A DNA stretch of 64,000 nt. It comes from an uncultured Actinomycetes bacterium. GTDB lineage: Bacteria; Actinomycetota; Thermoleophilia; Gaiellales; JAICJC01. Location: positions 231,978 to 295,977 of the forward strand of contig CAWGSU010000006.1 of the NCBI GenBank assembly GCA_963825325.1, read 5' to 3'. Positions 18,349 through 28,631 of this stretch are shown here, in pieces. Made by a program: the position numbers and the translations under genes. A model generated the notes under the pieces. It was not told the origin of the DNA. It saw only the letters and a list, made by a program, of their open reading frames with translations, and ran no database searches. The first letter of the stretch is position 1. Each line of letters opens with the position of its first letter.

Positions 18349-18485
18349 AGGCGATGAGGTCGCCCACTACGGGTTCGGTTTCGGCCCGCCCACTACGGCT
18401 TTTGGACGGCCATGACGGGGCGCTCTGCGTCCGTCACACGGCTTTGGGGAGGCCCCCGGCGAGTACATCCGCCGGGGGCCTTTCT
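18349..18485 (+). ncRNA. candidate small RNA with internal direct repeats
   Basis: TGaTACAAT extended -10 (18334-18342), CGCCCACTACGG twice, terminator hairpin at the end. Confidence 0.45.
18450..18485 (+). terminator. intrinsic terminator
   Basis: AGGCCCCCGGCG-loop-CGCCGGGGGCCT followed by a short T-rich tail. Confidence 0.75.
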
Positions 18486-18814
18486 CCCGAGTACTCCAGG
18501 AAGCCGGCCATCAGCGCGGGCCGCCGGTAGGCGGACGAGCTTCGCCTGGTCGCAAACGAGCTCGCCAGGCCGGTGCCGCCGGGCGAGGGTGTGCGGCAAA
18601 CCCGCAGGCGCGCCGCGGGGCGTCCCCGATGCGCCCGCGGCGACGGCGGACAAGACTGAGCCTGCGCCCACCGGCTACCGCCCGGCCGCCGGAGACCGGA
18701 CGCGGGCGAGGTGCCGAGAGGCGCTTCGGCCGTGGCCTCTGGACAGGCTGAGCCGGTGGCGCGCATCTCTCCCGTGCGCGCACCTCAGCCGGCAGCCCTC
18801 AGGGGCGCTGGTCG

Positions 18815-19858
18815 CTAGCGTTCATCGGCGGGCAACGAACCGGTCACCGCGGCCGCGTGGTCTCCGCCGAGCCGCCTTCGGAACACGTAGTAGGCCCAGC
18901 CCTGGTAGAGCACGATCAGCGGTGTGAAGATCACCCCCGCCACGGTGATCACCCCGAGGGCGTAGTGCCCGGTGGCGGCGTTTTGGATCGTCAAGCTGTT
19001 GCCGAAGCCGGGATCCGAGACGAGCACGCGCGGGTAAAGGCCGGTGAAGATGGTGGCGATGAAGCCGATCACGCCCAACCCCGTGGCCGCGAACGCCCAG
19101 CCGTTGCGATCGGTGTGTGTGAGCACCAGCGCGAGGACGAGCGTGCCCGCGGTCAACACGGCCGGGACCGTCGTCGGCAGGATCGCGCGGTCGTTGTTCT
19201 GGTGCGCCACGAGCACCGTCCACGCGGCGACGCCGCCGCCGAGGATGATCGCGGGCAGCGCCGATCGCCGGGCAGTGCGCGCGGCTCGTTCGCGGAGGTC
19301 GCCGGCAGTCCGCAAGCTGAGATAGGTGGCGCCGTGCAGTGCGAACGTCGCCACGACCGCGAGTCCGGCGGCGACCGTGTAGGCGCTGAAGAGGTCGGTG
19401 ATCCCGCCGGTGAAGACGTGGGCGGAGTCGAGCGGGACGCCCTGGACGAGGTTCGCAAGCGCGACTCCCCACAGGAATGGCGCGCCGAGGCTCCCGATCG
19501 CGTTCGCCCAGAGCCAGGTCGCGCGCCAGCGGGCGCCGGCGCGCTTCTCGCGCCACTCGAACGACACCACGCGGACGATCAGCAGCACGAGGATCAGCAG
19601 AAGGGCCACGTAGAACCCTGAGAACAGGGTCGCGTACCAGGCGGGGAAGGCGGCGAACGTCGCGCCGGCGGCAACCACCAGCCACACCTCATTGCCGTCC
19701 CACACCGGTCCGATCGACTCGAACATGAGGCCGCGCTCGCGCTCGTCGCGGGGGAGCACGGGCAGCAGCATGCCGACGCCGAAGTCGAACCCCTCGAGCA
19801 GGAAGTAGCCGCTCCAGAGGACGCCGATCAGGACGAACCAGACCTCCTCGAGGCCCAT
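18815..19858 (-). CDS. cydB: cytochrome bd ubiquinol oxidase subunit II
   Basis: LEGFDFGVG, IGPVWDGNEVWL, FAAFPAWYA; SD GGAGG. Confidence 0.96.
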   Translation of the reverse strand: MGLEEVWFVLIGVLWSGYFLLEGFDFGVGMLLPVLPRDERERGLMFESIGPVWDGNEVWLVVAAGATFAAFPAWYATLFSGFYVALLLILVLLIVRVVSFEWREKRAGARWRATWLWANAIGSLGAPFLWGVALANLVQGVPLDSAHVFTGGITDLFSAYTVAAGLAVVATFALHGATYLSLRTAGDLRERAARTARRSALPAIILGGGVAAWTVLVAHQNNDRAILPTTVPAVLTAGTLVLALVLTHTDRNGWAFAATGLGVIGFIATIFTGLYPRVLVSDPGFGNSLTIQNAATGHYALGVITVAGVIFTPLIVLYQGWAYYVFRRRLGGDHAAAVTGSLPADER

Positions 19859-19859
19859 G

Positions 19860-21272
19860 TCAGTCACCTCCGTACGAGAAGGGCTGCGGCATGGGGGCGC
19901 CCGCTCCAGCCCGGTCGACCTGTGGCGGGTCAAGCCGTGCGTAGTGCCGCATCAGCATGAACTCGACGACTCCGAGCACGGTGTACAACAGCAGGAAGAC
20001 CGTGAGGCTGACGGCAATCGTGGCCGTGCTGAGGCCGGTCGACACGGCGGCGGAGGTCTTCAGCAGGTTCTGCACGATCCACGGCTGGCGGCCCATCTCG
20101 GTCAGGATCCAACCGGCCGTCGCGGCGATGTACGGGAACGACATGCCCACCACGGCGATCCACAGAAACCACCGCCTCGTCTGCAGCTTCCGCCTGTGGT
20201 ACAGCCACGCCCCCGCCGCGGCGATGACGAACATCGCCACCCCCAGCATCGCCATCACCCGCATCGACCAGTACATCAGCCTGACGTTCGGCATGTAGTT
20301 CCCACGGCCGTACGACCGCTGTTCCTGCTGTTGCAGCTGGTTCAAGCCCTCGACCTTGCCGCCGAACGAGCCGGTCGCCATCCATGACAGGACGTCGGGG
20401 ATCGTGATCGAGAAGCTGGGCGTTTCGTCCTGCTGGGAGAAGCCGCCGATCTGGAAGATCGAGAAGCCGCACGGCTCGCAGGTGTTCCATTGCGCCTCGG
20501 ACGCCGCGATCTTCATGCCCTGCGCACTGGTCACCGCCTCGCCGAAGCGGTTGCCCACCGAGAGCTGGATCAACGTCGCCGGCACCGCCACAATCAGGGC
20601 CAGCTTCGCGGCCCGGCCGAACAGCTCGACGTTTCGCTCGCGCAGCAGGTGCCAGCAGCTGATCCCGAACATCACCATCGACCCGAAGATGAGACCGGCC
20701 AGGATCACGTGGATCCAGGCGATGATCGCGAAGCTGTTCGTAAGCAGCGCAGACACGCTGGTGAGCTGCGCCTTGCCGCCGACCATCTTGTAGCCCACCG
20801 GGTGCTGCATCCACGAGTTGGCCACCAGGATCAGGTAGGCCGACAGCCAGGTCGCCAGGGCCACGATCCAGATCGTGGCCAGATGCAGACGGCGCGGGAG
20901 CTGCTCCCAGCCGAAGATCCAGAGCCCGAGAAACGTCGCCTCCAGCATGAATGCCGCCAGACCCTCGATCGCAAGCGGCGCGCCGAACACCCCTCCGACG
21001 AAGTTGGAATACACCGACCAGCTCATCCCGAACTGGAACTCCTGCACCAGGCCGGTCGCCACTCCGATCGCGAAGTTGATCAGAAGCAGCGCGCCGAAGA
21101 AACGGGTCAGCCGCAGCCAGGCATCGTCGTGCGACCGGTACCAAAGCGTCTGCATGGCCGCCACCAACGGCGCCAGCCCGAGCGTGAGCGGCACGAAGAG
21201 GAAGTGGTAGATCGACGTCGTCGCAAACTGGATCCGGGCCAGGTCGACCGTGGTCGAGGCCAGCGGCATCAT
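19860..21272 (-). CDS. cydA: cytochrome bd ubiquinol oxidase subunit I
   Basis: HFLFVPLT, EFQFG, GAPLAIEG, ANSWMQHP, GWILTEMGRQPW. Confidence 0.96.
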   Translation of the reverse strand: MMPLASTTVDLARIQFATTSIYHFLFVPLTLGLAPLVAAMQTLWYRSHDDAWLRLTRFFGALLLINFAIGVATGLVQEFQFGMSWSVYSNFVGGVFGAPLAIEGLAAFMLEATFLGLWIFGWEQLPRRLHLATIWIVALATWLSAYLILVANSWMQHPVGYKMVGGKAQLTSVSALLTNSFAIIAWIHVILAGLIFGSMVMFGISCWHLLRERNVELFGRAAKLALIVAVPATLIQLSVGNRFGEAVTSAQGMKIAASEAQWNTCEPCGFSIFQIGGFSQQDETPSFSITIPDVLSWMATGSFGGKVEGLNQLQQQEQRSYGRGNYMPNVRLMYWSMRVMAMLGVAMFVIAAAGAWLYHRRKLQTRRWFLWIAVVGMSFPYIAATAGWILTEMGRQPWIVQNLLKTSAAVSTGLSTATIAVSLTVFLLLYTVLGVVEFMLMRHYARLDPPQVDRAGAGAPMPQPFSYGGD

Positions 21273-21408
21273 GCGACTGCGCCCCGGACGTGCGCGCCAT
21301 ACTCGACTCGGAATTGGGCTAGCACAGGCCGCTTCTTAGGGTCACGGCCCCGACCGGGCATCGTCCGATTCGGGCGAACCCCGTTTCGCGGTCGACCCTT
21401 CGAGCAGG

Positions 21409-22113
21409 TCATCCGGGCGGCCGCGGCAGCTGTACGAGCTGGATCAGCGAGAAGAGCACCAGGACTGCTCCGATCGCGACCAGGCCGTAGCGAGCGCCGA
21501 GCAGCGGGAAGTGACCGCTGATCCCGATCAGGAACAGCACCGTCGCCAGATACACGGTCACCCGGATGTACTTGTCGGCGGTCGCGCCGGCCGCCGAGCC
21601 AGCCGCGAAATGCACGTCCGCGGCGGCATCGAGGGCGCGGGTCGCAGCCTGCCCGGGCTGACGGTACTGCGGCATGTACGTCGGTCCCCGCGGCGCGTTC
21701 GGGTTGGTCGCGGGATGCGTCGCCAACCAAGCCCGGAAGGCAACGCGGAACGCGGGCGAGAAGCGGCGTGCCGCCAGGCGCTCGCCGCGCGGGTTGCGGG
21801 CGATGTACGCCGTGAACCACGCGTTGAACGTGGAGGCGTCGAAGTTGCGCTGCGACATCGCTTCGAGGTCGGCCCGGTTGGCCTTGGTGCGGTTGGCCGC
21901 CGCCGATGCCAACTCCACCGCCGAGTGCGTGCTCCACTGCGCAGCGGTGTACCCCGAATACGCCGCCACGATCGCGACGACCGACAGGATCACCGCCTCG
22001 GTGATCGTCACCCAGCGGTGCTGCTTGCGATCACCGTCGTCGTCCTCGGCAGCGTGCTTTCCGTGCTCGGCGATCTCCTTGCCGACCTCGGAGCTCGACA
22101 GTCCTTCCGGCAT
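21409..22113 (-). CDS. hypothetical membrane protein (3 TM)
   Basis: MPEGLSSSEVGKEIAEH start; TM ITEAVILSVVAIVAAYSGY; two C-terminal TMs. Confidence 0.75.
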   Translation of the reverse strand: MPEGLSSSEVGKEIAEHGKHAAEDDDGDRKQHRWVTITEAVILSVVAIVAAYSGYTAAQWSTHSAVELASAAANRTKANRADLEAMSQRNFDASTFNAWFTAYIARNPRGERLAARRFSPAFRVAFRAWLATHPATNPNAPRGPTYMPQYRQPGQAATRALDAAADVHFAAGSAAGATADKYIRVTVYLATVLFLIGISGHFPLLGARYGLVAIGAVLVLFSLIQLVQLPRPPG

Positions 22114-22254
22114 GCGCGACAGGCTACACGGGCCTACGCCCGGCGACGAACCGCCCCGGCGCCGCTTCCCCGGACGTTCACCGGGCGGCGCCGCGAGTCG
22201 TCCGCATCGGATGAGGCGCCGTCGCAACCGCTGGAACTACGTTGGAGTCGCAGC

Positions 22255-23577
22255 ATGCCGGCCCAGTCAGAACAGACGCGCGCGGGGCGACCCCGCGTCC
22301 TCATCCTCGGCGGGGGCTTCGCCGGCCTCGGCGCCGCCAGGAAGCTGCGGGACGCCGACGCCGATGTCGTGCTGATCGACAAGCACGACTACCACACCTT
22401 CCAGCCGCTGCTCTACCAGGTCGCGACCGCCCTGCTCGACACCCCGTCGGTCGGGCACCCGCTGCGCGACCTCTTCCACGACCAGGACAACGCCGTCGTG
22501 CACGAGGCGACGGTCGAGGCGATCGATCTCGACGCGCGGGAGGTGCGGTTTACGGAGATGCCGCCGCTCGGATACGACCACCTCGTGCTCGCCTGCGGCG
22601 CGGTGGTCAACTTCTTCGGGGTGCAGGGCGCGGCCGAGCACGCGTTTCCGCTCTACACGCTCGCGGACGCCGTCCGGCTGAAGGAGCACATCCTCGATCG
22701 GTGGAAGGCGGCCGACCGCGACCCCGCGCTCGTGGACGACGGTGCGCTGAACGTCGTCGTCGTGGGCGGCGGCCCGACCGGGGTGGAGAGCGTCGGCGCG
22801 CTCGCGGAGCTCTACCGCAGCAACCTCGCCGAGGACTACCCGGGCATCCCGCACGAGCGGGTGCGGCTGACCCTCGTCGAAGCGGGGCCGACGCTCTTTT
22901 CGATGTTCAAGAGCGACATCCGCAAGTACACGATGAGGGTGCTCGCGAAGCGCGGGGTCGACGTCCTCCTGGGAGAGGTGGTGGCCTCGGTCGCCCCCAC
23001 ACGCGTGACGCTCAAGTCGGGCAGGGTGCTCGACGCCCACACGCTCGTCTGGGGAGCAGGCCTGCAGGCGAACTCGATCGCCGGCTCGCTCGGCCCGAAG
23101 CTCGAGCGCGGCGGTCGCATCCCGGTCGAGCCCGATCTCACGATCGCCGGGCGTCCCGAGGTGTCCGCCGTCGGCGACATCGCCTGGATCACGGACACGA
23201 AGACGAACAAGGTGCTGCCCCAGCTGGGGTCGGTCGCACTCCAGTCGGGCGAGCGCGCGGGCGAGAACATCGCCCGCGTCCTCGCGGGGAAGGGGACGGA
23301 GCCGTTCGGCTATCTCGACAAGGGCACGATGGCGACGATCGGCCGCGGCGCTGCCGTGATCCAGATGCCTCGCGGCCGGACGATGAAGGGCAAGGCGGCG
23401 TCGCTCGCATGGGGCACGGTGCACCTCGCCCTGCTGTCCACCGGCGAGGATCGTGCCAAGGCCGTGGTCGACTGGACGTGGGCGGGGTTCACGCACGAAC
23501 GTGCCGCCCGCATCACGGTGCACACGGATCGCGGCGAGCGCGAGCCCGCCGAGTCCAAGCCGGTCGGCGCGCGCTGA
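22255..23577 (+). CDS. ndh: type II NADH dehydrogenase
   Basis: GGGFAG, FQPLLYQVAT, GGGPTGVE, YLDKGTMATIGR. Confidence 0.9.
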   Translation: MPAQSEQTRAGRPRVLILGGGFAGLGAARKLRDADADVVLIDKHDYHTFQPLLYQVATALLDTPSVGHPLRDLFHDQDNAVVHEATVEAIDLDAREVRFTEMPPLGYDHLVLACGAVVNFFGVQGAAEHAFPLYTLADAVRLKEHILDRWKAADRDPALVDDGALNVVVVGGGPTGVESVGALAELYRSNLAEDYPGIPHERVRLTLVEAGPTLFSMFKSDIRKYTMRVLAKRGVDVLLGEVVASVAPTRVTLKSGRVLDAHTLVWGAGLQANSIAGSLGPKLERGGRIPVEPDLTIAGRPEVSAVGDIAWITDTKTNKVLPQLGSVALQSGERAGENIARVLAGKGTEPFGYLDKGTMATIGRGAAVIQMPRGRTMKGKAASLAWGTVHLALLSTGEDRAKAVVDWTWAGFTHERAARITVHTDRGEREPAESKPVGAR

Positions 23578-23719
23578 GATGCGCCCGTCCGGATGCTCAT
23601 CCCATCAGGGGGATGCCTGTCCGGCGGCCCCCACCTACGTTCCCCGCCGGACTCGAAATCACGCGGCCCGCGCCGGCTAACGACGACCGCGTGCCATGGC
23701 CGTACGCGAGGAGCACCAG

Positions 23720-25168
23720 ATGACGACGAGCGCAGGATCCGCTTTGAAGACACCCCGGCGGCGTGCCGGCAAGACCGCGGGCACGAAGGCCGCCGACGTG
23801 CTGGTGGTGTTCGGCATCACCGGCGACCTGGCGAAGGTGATGACGTTCCGCTCGCTCTACCGGCTCGAGCAGCGCGGGTTGCTCGACTGCCCGGTGGTGG
23901 GCGTCGCCGTGAACGACTGGACGGTCGAACACCTGCGCGAGCATGCCCGCGACGCGATCGCGGGCACCGGAGAGAAGGTCGACGACAAGGTGTTCGACCG
24001 CTTCGCGAAACGGCTGGCCTACGTCGACGGCGACTTCGGCGACGCCGCGACATACGAGCGGGTGGCAGAGGCGATCAAGGGCGCCTCGTCGCCGGTCTTC
24101 TATCTCGAGATCCCGCCGTTCCTCTTCGGCAACGTCGTCAAGGGCCTTGCCGGCGCAGACCTCGTGAGCGGCGCCCGCATCGTCGTCGAGAAGCCATTCG
24201 GGCACGATCTCGAGTCCGCGCGGGCGCTCGCCGCCGAGCTGCATCAGTACGTGGACGAGTCCCAGCTCTACCGCATCGATCACTTCCTCGGCAAGATGGG
24301 CCTCGACGAGATGCTCTACCTGCGGTTTGCGAACACCATCCTCGAGCCGATCTGGAACCGCAACTACCTCGAGTGCGTCCAGATCACGATGGCGGAGAGC
24401 TTCGGCGTCGCCGACCGGGGGCACTTCTACGACCCCGTCGGTGCGCTCCGCGACGTCGTCGTGAACCACCTCATGCAGGTGGTGGCGGGGGCGGCGATGG
24501 AGGCCCCGGCCGCGAACGATGCCGACACGCTGAACAACGCGAAGGTGGCGGTGTTCCGGGCGATCCAGCCGGCCGACCCGGCCTGCTACGTGCGCGGCCA
24601 GCACGACGGATACCGCAAGATCGACGGCGTCGCGCCGGACTCGGAGACCGAGACGTACGCCGCGCTGCGGCTCGACATCGACAACTGGCGCTGGTCGGGC
24701 GTGCCCTTCTTCATCCGCACCGGCAAGCTCCTGCCCGCGACCCTCACCGAGCTACGGCTCGTGTTCAAACACCCCCCCGGCCTCGGGTTCAAGCAGGCCG
24801 GCGTCCGCCGGCCGGAGCCCGACCAGCTCGTCATCAAGCTCGACCCCACGACGGGCGTGCGGCTCATGGTCGATGCGCACCGGGCGGATGCGCCGGGGCC
24901 GGAGGCGATCGAGCTCGACATGGAGTTCGAGCAGGAGGGCGGCGAGGGGCCGACTCCGTACGAGGTCCTGCTGCACGCGGCCATGGTCGGCGACAACACC
25001 CACTTCACGCGCCAGGACGGCGTCGAGGAAACCTGGAGGATCATGCAACCGCTGCTGGAAAACCGCCCCGCGGTCAAGCCGTACGCCCCGGGCAGCTGGG
25101 GCCCGGAGGCCGCCGAGAAGCTCGTCGCCGGCCACGGCGGGTGGCGAGACCCGTGGATGCCGGCATGA
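23720..25168 (+). CDS. zwf: glucose-6-phosphate 1-dehydrogenase
   Basis: FGITGDLA, EKPFGHD, RIDHFLGK, WRWSGVPFFIRTGK; SD GAGGAG. Confidence 0.93.
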   Translation: MTTSAGSALKTPRRRAGKTAGTKAADVLVVFGITGDLAKVMTFRSLYRLEQRGLLDCPVVGVAVNDWTVEHLREHARDAIAGTGEKVDDKVFDRFAKRLAYVDGDFGDAATYERVAEAIKGASSPVFYLEIPPFLFGNVVKGLAGADLVSGARIVVEKPFGHDLESARALAAELHQYVDESQLYRIDHFLGKMGLDEMLYLRFANTILEPIWNRNYLECVQITMAESFGVADRGHFYDPVGALRDVVVNHLMQVVAGAAMEAPAANDADTLNNAKVAVFRAIQPADPACYVRGQHDGYRKIDGVAPDSETETYAALRLDIDNWRWSGVPFFIRTGKLLPATLTELRLVFKHPPGLGFKQAGVRRPEPDQLVIKLDPTTGVRLMVDAHRADAPGPEAIELDMEFEQEGGEGPTPYEVLLHAAMVGDNTHFTRQDGVEETWRIMQPLLENRPAVKPYAPGSWGPEAAEKLVAGHGGWRDPWMPA

Positions 25169-27078
25169 GCGCCAAGACCCCGACACGGAACCGCAAGCCG
25201 GCCCAGGAGCCCCAGCCGCAGAGCGCGGCGGCGCCCTCGCCGTTCCCGCCGATCGCCGAGTACGCGTTCATCTCGGACTGCCATACGGGCGCGCTGATCG
25301 CCCCCGACGGCGCGATCGACTGGCTGTGCGTTCCCCGCTTCGACGCGCCCAGCGTGTTCGGCAGCCTGATCGACCGCGAGGCGGGGTTCTTCCGGTTCGC
25401 GCCGTACGGGATCAATCACCCGACGACCCGGATCTACGAGCCCGGCACGAACGTCCTCCAGACCACCTGGAAGACGCCGGCGGGGTGGGTGCTCGTCCGC
25501 GACGCGCTGACGATGGGCCCGTGGGACCACGAGGACCAGGTGACGCCGCACACCCGGCCGCCGGCCGACGACGACGCCGATCATATGCTCGTGCGCACCG
25601 TGGAATGCCTCGAGGGCAACGTCGAGGTCGAGCTCGTCTGCGAGCCGGCCTTCGACTACGGCCGCGAGCCCGCCGTGTGGACCGCGGTCGACGGCGGGCG
25701 GCACGCGGCCGACGCCCACGGCGCGGGCCAGACGATGCGCCTGTGCACGGACCTCGCGCTCGGCATCGAGGGCAACCGCGTCCGCGCCCGGCACGTGCTG
25801 GCGGCGGGCGACCGCGCCTACTGTGCACTCTCGTGGGCAGAGCAGGCCGCCGCCCCGGCGAACGCCGACGAGGCGGACGCGCGGATCCGGGCGACGACGC
25901 GCTTCTGGCGGGCATGGCTCGGTCGCGCCCGCATACCCGACCACCGCTTCCGCGAGCCGGTGCAGCGCTCGGCGCTGGCGGTCAAGGGCCTGACCTACAT
26001 GCCGACCGGCGCGACCGTGGCCGCGCTGACAACGTCGCTCCCCGAGACCCCGGGCGGTGAGCGCAACTGGGACTACCGCTACACGTGGATGCGCGATACG
26101 ACGTTCACGCTGCAGGCGCTGCACTGGCTGAACCTCGACTGGGAGGCCGACGAGTTCATGCAGTTCGTCGCCGACCTCGAGCCGACCGAGGACGGATCGC
26201 TGCAGATCATGTACGGGATCGACGGCCGTCGCGACCTCACCGAGACGACCCGGGACGACCTCACCGGCTACGCGGGTGCGCGCCCGGTCCGGGTCGGCAA
26301 CGGCGCGTTCGACCAGCGCCAGAACGATGTCTTCGGTGCCGTGCTCGACTCCATCCTGCTCCACACCAAGCGCAGCGAGCGGCTGCCGCGGCGGCTGTGG
26401 CCGATCGTGCAGTCGCAGGCCGAGTGCGCGACGAAGGTGTGGCGCAAGCCCGACCAGGGCATCTGGGAGGCACGCGGCAAGCCGCAGCACTACGTGTCGT
26501 CGAAGCTGATGAGCTGGGTGGCGCTCGATCGCGCGGCGAAGCTCGCCGACGTCCGTGGCGACCCGGGGTTGCAGAAGACCTGGCAGGCGACCGCCGAGGA
26601 GATCCGGGCGGACATCCTCGAGCACGGCCTGAACGAGAAGGGCGTCCTCGTCCAGCACTACAACACGGACGCGCTCGACGCCTCGACGCTCCTCGCCGCG
26701 ATCTTCGAGTTCCTCCCCGGTGACGACAAGCGACTGCGCGCAAGCGTGTTGGCGATCGCGAACGATCTCACCGAGGACGGCTTCGTGCTGCGCTACCGCA
26801 CCGGCGAGACCGATGACGGCCTCTCGGGCAAGGAGGGCACGTTCCTGATCTGCTCGTTCTGGCTCGTCTCCGCGCTGGCGATCGTCGGCGAGCTCCAGCA
26901 GGCGCGTGATCTGATGGAGCGGCTGCTGCGGATCGCCTCCCCGCTCGGGCTCTACGCCGAGGAGTTCGACGCCGGCACCGGCCGCCACCTGGGCAACTTC
27001 CCGCAGGCCTTCTCGCACCTCGCGTTGATGGAGGCGGCCGCACGGATCATGCTGCCCGAGCTGATGGAGCAGTACTGA
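25165..27078 (+). CDS. glycoside hydrolase family 15 (trehalase/glucoamylase-like)
   Basis: PFPPIAEYAFISDC, TTSLPE...RNWDYRYTWMRD, GIWE, LGNFPQAFSH; ATGA overlap with zwf. Confidence 0.93.
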   Translation: MSAKTPTRNRKPAQEPQPQSAAAPSPFPPIAEYAFISDCHTGALIAPDGAIDWLCVPRFDAPSVFGSLIDREAGFFRFAPYGINHPTTRIYEPGTNVLQTTWKTPAGWVLVRDALTMGPWDHEDQVTPHTRPPADDDADHMLVRTVECLEGNVEVELVCEPAFDYGREPAVWTAVDGGRHAADAHGAGQTMRLCTDLALGIEGNRVRARHVLAAGDRAYCALSWAEQAAAPANADEADARIRATTRFWRAWLGRARIPDHRFREPVQRSALAVKGLTYMPTGATVAALTTSLPETPGGERNWDYRYTWMRDTTFTLQALHWLNLDWEADEFMQFVADLEPTEDGSLQIMYGIDGRRDLTETTRDDLTGYAGARPVRVGNGAFDQRQNDVFGAVLDSILLHTKRSERLPRRLWPIVQSQAECATKVWRKPDQGIWEARGKPQHYVSSKLMSWVALDRAAKLADVRGDPGLQKTWQATAEEIRADILEHGLNEKGVLVQHYNTDALDASTLLAAIFEFLPGDDKRLRASVLAIANDLTEDGFVLRYRTGETDDGLSGKEGTFLICSFWLVSALAIVGELQQARDLMERLLRIASPLGLYAEEFDAGTGRHLGNFPQAFSHLALMEAAARIMLPELMEQY

Positions 27079-28631
27079 TGGATGCCTACGACGTCATCAT
27101 CGTGGGGACGGGCGCGGGCGGCGGTACGCTCGCCCGCCATCTGGCCCCCTCGGGCAAGCGCATCCTCGTGCTCGAGCGCGGCGACTGGCTCCCTCGCGAG
27201 CCGCAGAACTGGCTCGCCCAGGACGTCTTCGTCGACAACCGGTACGTCTCGCCCGACACCTGGTACGACGAGAACGGCAAGCCGTTCCAGCCCCAGATCC
27301 ACTACTTCGTCGGCGGCGCCACGAAGCTCTACGGAGCCGCGCTCTACCGGCTGCGCGAGGAGGACTTCGGCGAGCTCCGCCATCACGACGGGGTGTCGCC
27401 CGCATGGCCGATCTCCTACGACGAGCTCGAGCCGTACTACACGCTGGCCGAGCAGCGCTACGAGGTGCACGGCAACCACGGCGAGGATCCGACCGACCCG
27501 CCGGCGAGCGCGCAGTACCCCTTCCCGGCCGTGTCGCACGAGCCCCGCATCCAGCAGCTCTCGGACGACCTCGCCGCGGCCGGCTACCACCCGTTCCACG
27601 CCCCCTGCGGGATCCGGCTCAACGAGGCCGACATGCCCCACAGCGCGTGCGTGCGGTGCATGAACTGCGACGGCTTCCCGTGCGTCGTGCACGGCAAGTC
27701 CGACGCCGACGTGCTCGGGATCCGGCCCGCGCTCGAGCACCCGAACGTCACGCTCCTGACGGGCGCCGTTGCGACCAGGGTCGAGACGAACCCGGCGGGC
27801 ACGGCGGTGACGGGGGTGGTCGTCGAGCGCGACGGCGCGACCGAGACGTTCACGGGCGACCTGGTCGTGCTCGCCTGCGGCGCCGCCAATACGGCCAAGC
27901 TCCTGCTCATGTCGGCGAACGACAAGCACCCGAACGGGCTTGCGAACGCGAGCGACCAGGTCGGCCGCAACTACATGTTCCACAACAGCCAGGCCGTGCT
28001 CGCGCTCTCGCGCGAAGAGAACCCGACCATCTTCCAGAAGACGCTTGGGCTGAACGACTTCTACCTCGCAGGCGACCGGTGCGAGTACCCGCTCGGCAAC
28101 ATCCAGATGGTCGGCAAGTCGCAGGCGCCGATGTTCCACGGCGAGAAGCCGGCCGAGACGCGCCTCGCGCCGCACTGGTCGCTCGAGAGCATCGCCCGCC
28201 ACGCGATCGACTTCTGGCTCTCGACCGAGGACCTGCCCCTGCCTGACAACCGGGTGACGGTCGACGGCGGGGGTCGCGTGACGCTGCGCTACCGGTCGAG
28301 CAACGACGTCCCCAAGCAGCGCCTCTACTCCGAGCTCAAGTCGATCCTGGGCAAGCTCGACATGGACCCGGATCATCTGATCCATCGCTTCGCATACATG
28401 AAGAACGAGATCCCCGTAGCCGGCGTGGCGCACCAGGCGGGCACGTGCCGCTTCGGCACCGACCCGGCGACCTCGGCGCTCGACCCCGACTGCCGTGCCC
28501 ACGATCTGGACAACCTCTACGTCGTCGATACGAGCGTGTTCCCGAGCATCGGCGCCGTGAACCCTGCGCTCACGGCGATGGCCAACTCCCTTCGCGTCGG
28601 CGACAGGCTGCTCGAGCGGATGGGCGTCTGA
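27078..28631 (+). CDS. GMC-family FAD oxidoreductase
   Basis: GTGAGGG, VGGAT, AHQAGTCRFG, NPALT. Confidence 0.92.
   Translation: MDAYDVIIVGTGAGGGTLARHLAPSGKRILVLERGDWLPREPQNWLAQDVFVDNRYVSPDTWYDENGKPFQPQIHYFVGGATKLYGAALYRLREEDFGELRHHDGVSPAWPISYDELEPYYTLAEQRYEVHGNHGEDPTDPPASAQYPFPAVSHEPRIQQLSDDLAAAGYHPFHAPCGIRLNEADMPHSACVRCMNCDGFPCVVHGKSDADVLGIRPALEHPNVTLLTGAVATRVETNPAGTAVTGVVVERDGATETFTGDLVVLACGAANTAKLLLMSANDKHPNGLANASDQVGRNYMFHNSQAVLALSREENPTIFQKTLGLNDFYLAGDRCEYPLGNIQMVGKSQAPMFHGEKPAETRLAPHWSLESIARHAIDFWLSTEDLPLPDNRVTVDGGGRVTLRYRSSNDVPKQRLYSELKSILGKLDMDPDHLIHRFAYMKNEIPVAGVAHQAGTCRFGTDPATSALDPDCRAHDLDNLYVVDTSVFPSIGAVNPALTAMANSLRVGDRLLERMGV

Noticed and set aside
18361-18445. CRISPR array
   Set aside because: Only two 12-nt repeats 14 nt apart and no cas genes; reported as an sRNA candidate instead.
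21335-21352. DosR-like box upstream of cydA
   Set aside because: Half-site spacing is shorter than the consensus, and the match is weak in GC-rich DNA.
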